DNA of 64,000 nucleotides. It comes from Octopus vulgaris. Taxonomy: Eukaryota. Numbering within the stretch: position 1 is the stretch's first letter; each line of letters starts with the position of its first letter. The notes beneath the pieces are model-generated. The model saw only the letters and a program-made list of their open reading frames with translations, made no database searches and had not been told where the DNA came from. Shown here one piece after another: positions 56,874 through 64,000 of the stretch. The stretch covers positions 108,252,001-108,316,000 of the forward strand of contig OX597816.1 of assembly GCA_951406725.2 (NCBI GenBank). The letters run 5' to 3'. A program made the position numbers and the translations under genes.

Positions 56874-58047
56874 TATACTAACAGAGCAAACTTATATGGA
56901 GTACAGAAACACGGAAAATCAAGGCGAACAAATAGAACACGTACATAGAATATGTGCAGTCGATAATATACCCATATATATATATATGTTGTCTTTCGGG
57001 TATATATATAACAGCTATCATCTGGGCATAAATTGTATACTCGCAGGAGCGAATTTTGCATGTTGTGTGTTATCAGTACAAGTTTTCATAGATGTTACCT
57101 ATAAAAATTTGACAATGAAGTTAATCTGTTTCACAAATATATTTCATAAGTACATAAGTATGTCTTTTTTTTTTTTTGCTGTTGTCACGGAAGCTCTGAT
57201 TAAGAAGAACTATGATTAGAATTGTTCTTGATATTCCAGTCTCGCTACTTCAGGCATACTATTTGTAGGGTCACACCATCTATTGTATCCTTCTATTATT
57301 CTTTCAAGACGGTATGGTGTGATTTGAGAATAATGTGGCTGCTATTTCTTTAAAAATTTAGGACCAACATGGAGGCTTTCTCTTTAAGTCTCATGTCCAT
57401 GTGTTTTGTGAAGCGAGAAAACATAGCTAAAATGGAATTCTCCAGTAAATGTACTATAAAAAGTGGATCAAATCTAATATATTCTCTAATCCTAATGCAT
57501 TCCATTTTCCATTTATTGTTTGTTTTCATTGCGAATTTAAGCAGTGGTTGAATAGAAGTGTAAAGTCCATGGCTAGTGGTGGCGGGGTGGACGGTTGTAC
57601 GATATCTCATGCTTTCATTTATAAAGCACCGCTACTATTATGTATTATGCTACATATCGTATCATGGCGTGTATGTAACATATTTCTAAAGCCTGTCGAT
57701 TGAATTTATGAAATCACATTTAGTTGAAAGCCATATTAAAAGTTTTGGGGGTTTTTTATTCAATATCGATTTCATAGTATCAAAAAAATTCTTCCTATTT
57801 ATTAACAACAATACTATAACTATGATAATTCCATACATATGAGCGAAATTTTCAGATTTGTTTGAGATACAAAAATATTGGATTTAAGACGAGTTATTTC
57901 CAAATAACAGAAACTGCAAACAGAGAACTGAAGGAAGCATTCTGGAAGAACGATTCTCTATCCAGGATAGGATTCAGCATATTAGACTTCCAATCTGGTG
58001 ACTGGAATCAGTGAAGATGTATATGTGTGTACACACACACACACACA

Positions 58048-58178
<131 letters not shown>

Positions 58179-58414
58179 GGTGAAATTAATTAATTTATTA
58201 ATTAATTTAGAAATAATCATTAATTTCACCAAGTAGAGTTCGGCATGTAAAAGACCCATTCAAGGAAGGTTTAAGTAATACTAAGTAATTAAGGCTTCAG
58301 CAACGATTTGTCTCACCACACACCGAATTTAGAAATAGCAGTCAAAAAGTTTTGGCTATTCTTTCTACTTAAAAGGGAGATCCCAGTAAAACCAAAGTGC
58401 TTAAAACCAAAGCA

Positions 58415-58456
<42 letters not shown>

Positions 58457-58489
58457 CAAAGCACTTATATATATATATAGAAAGGGTAG

Positions 58490-58835
58490 ATACCCCCTTC
58501 GATCATGAAAGACCATGGGATTGCACCACAAAAGCTCCCCTCCGAGGCACAAGTCCGGGCAAGGTTGTTTATGGAAGATCAGCAGTCACCCATGCATACT
58601 AGACTCCCCCTCCTTGAATAAGGAAAAGGCAAAGGTCGATACATCTTGGCACCAGTGACATTGCAACTCATTTCAACAACTGAGCGAACTGTTCTACAAC
58701 TGAGTCAACTGGTGCAACGTGAAATAAAGTGTCCTTCTCAAGAACACTACACACAACCCTGTCCGTTCCTGGAATCTAACTCAGTCCCTCATGATTGTGG
58801 TCCCCACGCTCTTCCCACTGAGCCATGCGCTTTCA
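58490..58835 (-). mobile_element. SINE-like element (tRNA-like head at about 58835)
   Basis: Minus strand begins gcgcatggctcagtgggaagagcg...gagttagattcc (A/B-box-like). Confidence 0.55.
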
Positions 58836-58908
58836 CATATGTGTATGTGTATGCATATATATATGTATGTATGTATGTATATATATAAATATATATATAT
58901 ACATATAT

Positions 58909-58942
<34 letters not shown>

Positions 58943-59005
58943 GAATATACGTATCTATATACGTGTACATCTATATACATACATGCATATATATATATAT
59001 ATATA

Positions 59006-59158
59006 CCGGAGTAAGCACATAAATGTGAAACAAGGTGGAAAAAAGAGTACTCAAATACCAGTGGTAGAGTAATATGCTTTATGTAAAGCAGCAGAAAATT
59101 CAACAAAACCTGTTACTCAGAGTAACAGATTTTGTTGAATTTTCTGCTGCTTTAAAGT
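59006..59158. repeat. TA-bounded fragment ending in a 35-bp hairpin with a 1-nt loop
   Basis: 59084-59118 vs 59120-59154, one mismatch. Confidence 0.88.
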
Positions 59159-61029
59159 ATATATATATATATATATATACACGACGAGTTCTCTTCAATT
59201 TCTCTCTACCATTCACAAGTCTTTCGTCGGCCATATTTTAATGTCAAATAATCAGTGTCTTTAATATATGCTGTTGTTGGTTTATACTTTAACGCTTAAT
59301 GCCATCGACTTCGCCAAGCAGTAGCCATCTAATGGACAATTCTCATGAATTCTGTTGTTACATAAGTAGCATTGGCCAGCTGTTTGCCTATTTTACCTTC
59401 AGCGTTGACGCGCTATAACATGTGATATAAAGCCGAAATCCTTACTAACTAAAGAACTAAGTTTACCACAGTTCCTATTTAACATCTTGATACAGTTATG
59501 CCCAGTGTGTTAAATTTCAATGGCTGTATGCATGTGAAGGTTCACAAGCCTGTTACAACGGATTTTCCATTGTCACGAGATCTTGCCACCAGCATTCGAA
59601 ATAAGAGCTTTATGTACATTTCTTTTGATATCTGTTGCAAGGACTGTGATTAAAGGTAGAATGCAGTTTATGTTTTTTCCTATGAATTGCATTTTGGTTT
59701 TCTTGAGTGTTGTATATTTTATATATTAGATTTTACTGTATGGATAGGAATTATTTTTTGCCATGCATCGTATACATTCGATCAAAAAGCACCAGTATTT
59801 TTTATGAACAAATTTATTGTTCCAATGTTTATATTCCAAAAAATATCGACCTCGGTAGCGTATCTGGTAAGCATTAATTTTTTTTTCCATCAATACCTCT
59901 CTACTAATCTCACATTTTTTTAGTATATTTATATATGTTTTTTCTTTTACCTGTATTGCATCTTTCTGGTTGTATTTCTCTTCATCCTTGCTGCATTTCC
60001 GGCTACCTGTAAACCAAGATATCTGTTCAACTCATTATTTTTCAGTTAGATTTTCAATATGTGTAAATTCATGTGAATGCAGGTATTTGCTTCTCAACCG
60101 CATAGTTCCGGGTTCAGTCCCACTGCGTGATACCTTAGTATGTATAGATGTGTATGTATTATGTGTGTCTTTGTTTTTTCCCATCACTACTTAACAACCG
60201 GCGATATCTTGTTTACATCTCCGTAACTTAGTGGTTCGGCATAAGAGACCGATGGAATAAATACCAGGGTCAATTTGTTCTACCAAACCCTTAAAGGTGG
60301 TGCCTCAGTATGGCTGCAGTCGAATGACTGAAGCATGTAAAAGATGATATACAGAAGGAAGATATATGTGAGCGTATTTGTGCGTGTGTGTAGTTTTACT
60401 GACAGGCCCAAAAACAGAATCGAAAAGGCAGGTAGAAAGTGAGTAGATAGACTGAGATAAACTGTGGGATCAATAGAAAAATATATAATGCTACATGTAA
60501 AAAGTACATAAATATACTGTAACTATGTATGTGTTATAGATGTGTGTGCGTAAAAGTCAAGATGGAAGGCAGTACACATGAGCCCTAACAAAGGCCCCGA
60601 GACTGATGGGAGGGTGGGATGAAGGTATCATTATGGTCCAAATGCCTGCACAGTGGTCTCTGTGAAAGATACACAACGTACCGTGCGTTGGTATTAAAAC
60701 GGGAGGCGGATAAAGTTTGTCAGTTCGATATGCTACTGGAATATTTAAACTCAGAATGCAAATCAATTGGTCCAAAGTTCTTACAGTTTCTCCCATCCAG
60801 CGCTTTGTTTTATCTACTCCCGAGAGAATGAAAGGTGAAATGATCTCAGAGTTTACCTCAGAGTGAAGCAACTCGGAGAAAAGTCCAAGAGAAGTCCAGC
60901 CGACTGTGAATTTGCGGCCTGCTAGGATACATATATATAGCTCTAGTATACACACACACACACATACATATTTACATACATATACATGCATGTATATTGT
61001 GCATGTCTATCAATATACCTATCTATCTA

Positions 61030-61065
<36 letters not shown>

Positions 61066-61231
61066 TAGTTACCGCCAAGCTAATATGGCACTCCATAAAT
61101 ATAGGACGAAAGTTGCCGTTGATTAGCTCCAAGAGGCCATCGCCTTTAGCTAGCTATGTGACACACGAACCTGTGTCCATTATAACCTTCGAACAGGGGA
61201 GGTCAGCTGCTTCTTCTTGCTGGTCAGGCAT

Positions 61232-61272
61232 CTGCAGACTAGTTTCAGGGCATTTGCCCTTTATCAGTGCAA
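61232..61272 (-). ncRNA. Compact hammerhead motif (G8A core change) in a TA-bounded element of about 220 bp (61063-61281)
   Basis: ttgca-CTGATAA-AGGGC-aaat-GCCCT-GAAA-CTAG-TC-tgcag. All three helices pair; GUC triplet. Confidence 0.75.
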
Positions 61273-61287
61273 AGTAGCCGATATATA

Positions 61288-61503
61288 TATCTGCAATATG
61301 TGACAGTTATTCGGTTACCATAATGAAACTCCGAGTTTCGGATGTCAGGGCGGAAATATACTCCGGCATCTCGTCATTTATCAAGGCATTTTTTGATTGC
61401 CTTGATAACTGACGAGAAGCTGGAGCAGATTTCCGCCCCGACACCCGAAGCCCGGAGTTTTGTTACGGCAACCGAATAATTGTCACATGGTATACTACAG
61501 ATA
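61288..61503. repeat. Fold-back with arms of about 95 bp
   Basis: 61298-61389 vs about 61397-61488, imperfect reverse complements. Confidence 0.85.
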
Positions 61504-61559
61504 AATTCCTCTATTTACAAAATATCGAGATTTCAATCATTCTTTTGCTGTCTTACCAT

Positions 61560-61615
<56 letters not shown>

Positions 61616-61662
61616 CAGAGAGAGACAGAGAGAGACAGAGAGAGACAGAGAGAATTTTTATT

Positions 61663-61716
<54 letters not shown>

Positions 61717-61786
61717 GTTTAAATATGATATTCGAAATATATATATATATATATGTATGTATGTATATATGTATGCATTATGTATT

Positions 61787-61849
<63 letters not shown>

Positions 61850-63155
61850 AGATTTAATCTCAAAAGAATAATTGCAAAGTAGCAAAGAAATATCATATTC
61901 ATTAATATCAATTATGATTTCAAATTTTGATACAAGACCAGCAAATTCGGGGGAGGTGTAAGTCAATTACGTTGGCCCCAAACGGACGAAAGGCAAAGTC
62001 AACCTCGGCAGAATTAGAACTCAGAACACGAAGAGGGACAAAATACCGCTAAGCATTTCCCCTGGGGTGCTAACGATTCTGTCAACTTGCCGCCTTAATC
62101 AATTCAATACTAATATCATTAATGTCAGAATCACCAACTGGAGTACAGTCTGTCCTAAATACTAGAGATTTCTCAAGATAAGATTTAATTATAGGCGCAC
62201 AGAACACTTTTATATCGAAGTGCATGAATTTATAACGATTTTTTTATTATCTATATTATTGCACTACTTGAGAAATGATAGGTTATTATTCCTTAATGGA
62301 AGAGAAGTGACCCGTTTAAAATTTTAAATGATGGGATGTAAAATATATTTACTGAAACTATTAGTTTCTCTTCTCCGAGATTTATTAAAATACGTTTGGG
62401 GTTACCTACAAAATTATCCTTTTACCTTGAAAAGTAATGTGTGGCACTCATAACGCTAAAGTTAATACTCTATAGTTTATTTTTAGGCTAATAACAATTT
62501 TTTTTTTTTCCTAAATTAATAGCTTGTTTAGTGCTAACATTGTTTTTATTGACACTGTCGATATTATTGGAAAGGTATGTGTAGTTATGTGCCGTTCTCA
62601 GCTTAGTTAAAATGTTTGTTTTTATCGGGAGAGCCAGGAGTGTATTTGGGGAATTTTTGCAATTTTGTCAAATCTTTTGCATCATTTATATTGAAATTTA
62701 GATTAGTTTTTAAACTTACGCTTTACATTTTATTGTATAGGTTACATTGAAAGGGTGGTTAAAGAAAGAGTATGCTGGAAGAATTTTGGATAATTTTAAG
62801 CTAAAGAGATGAATAATTCCGTCTTAAATGCTTTCATCCTAAGTCAGCTACATCAGAACTACGTTTTGCTAAATAACTCGAGAGAATGCCCTCTGCATTG
62901 TTCAGCAGTAAAAATCTCCCTTGAATTACGCTATACCATCTTGAAAAGTGTGGGAAGTGTGGTTAATGTGAAACTAAATACGCAATGCTTGAATAAAGAA
63001 TGCAAAGCCAGGGTTTGTTCATCCGTGTCATACAAATGTTTAAAGCAGAACAATAGAAGCAAATATTAGAGATTGATAAGAGCAAAGCTTGTCGTCATTG
63101 GCCAGCTCGTGAAATAAGTTCAGTTCAGATAAGTAAATAAACAGACAGATGTATG

Positions 63156-63254
<99 letters not shown>

Positions 63255-63633
63255 ATATATACATATATACATATACAAACAAATCTCTTGTAGCGCAAAA
63301 TGTAAACCTAAACATTATGACCATTTATGTGGAAAACACAATTTGTTGAATACACGTAGCATTTTGGATATTCGTATTCTACAAATTCTGATCAAAAATC
63401 CTAGAGTTATGTTTCTTCTTCGTGCATCAACAACGATATAATATATTCTGGCCAATGACATGACGTCTGATAAGAGTTACATAGATACTGTCAATCAACA
63501 GAAGCCATAACATTTTCAAAAGCTTTTGGATTCTGTCCAAGCAAGTTTGCTTCTAATAAATCATTTACTTCAACTCCTGTGCCATATAATACAACATGCT
63601 TGCTTGTAAATGTTTTTGCGTATGCATATATAT

Positions 63634-63687
<54 letters not shown>

Positions 63688-63703
63688 TTGTATAAATATA
63701 ATA

Positions 63704-63754
<51 letters not shown>

Positions 63755-63768
63755 AAATATAATATGCA

Positions 63769-63812
<44 letters not shown>

Positions 63813-64000
63813 TGTATATAGATATATATACATATTTAATATTTATAAAGGCGACTATAGACGTCACCAGAAGAGCCGACACCATCACGGTGTCCTTGCT
63901 AGCCTGGGGCTAAATGCATCAGTAACACCCCCACCACCCCGCCCTGTCCCTAGCCACATTCAGATGGCTGGTCCCGCTTATATTACAGAGCAGTTACTGT

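Overview
AT-rich, microsatellite-saturated eukaryotic DNA. The tRNA-derived SINE families and (TA)n/(CA)n/(GATA)n density resemble an octopus/coleoid cephalopod genome (inference). Only one host-gene exon is supportable: 4856-5022 (+), an N-terminal exon of a nicotinic acetylcholine receptor-type Cys-loop channel. I found no next exon, so the rest is probably one intron of at least 59 kb. It holds two Penelope-like retroelements (RT + GIY-YIG), many short (TA)n-bounded Penelope-type terminal-repeat fragments, a decayed Tc1 element, an RTE LINE, an R4/Dong-type REL element, a pogo/Tigger remnant, several SINE families and many fold-backs. The main hidden signal is about nine minimal type-I hammerhead ribozyme motifs (CUGANGA...GAAA, palindromic helix III) from about seven unrelated families. 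All sit in elements bordered by (TA)n, several lie at fold-back breakpoints, and one element has captured an inverted copy of nearby host DNA. Hammerheads in Penelope repeats are known; the TA-targeting, ribozyme-centred fold-back and flank-capture pattern is what merits follow-up. Most ORF-track entries are microsatellite artefacts. All folds and alignments were done by eye.
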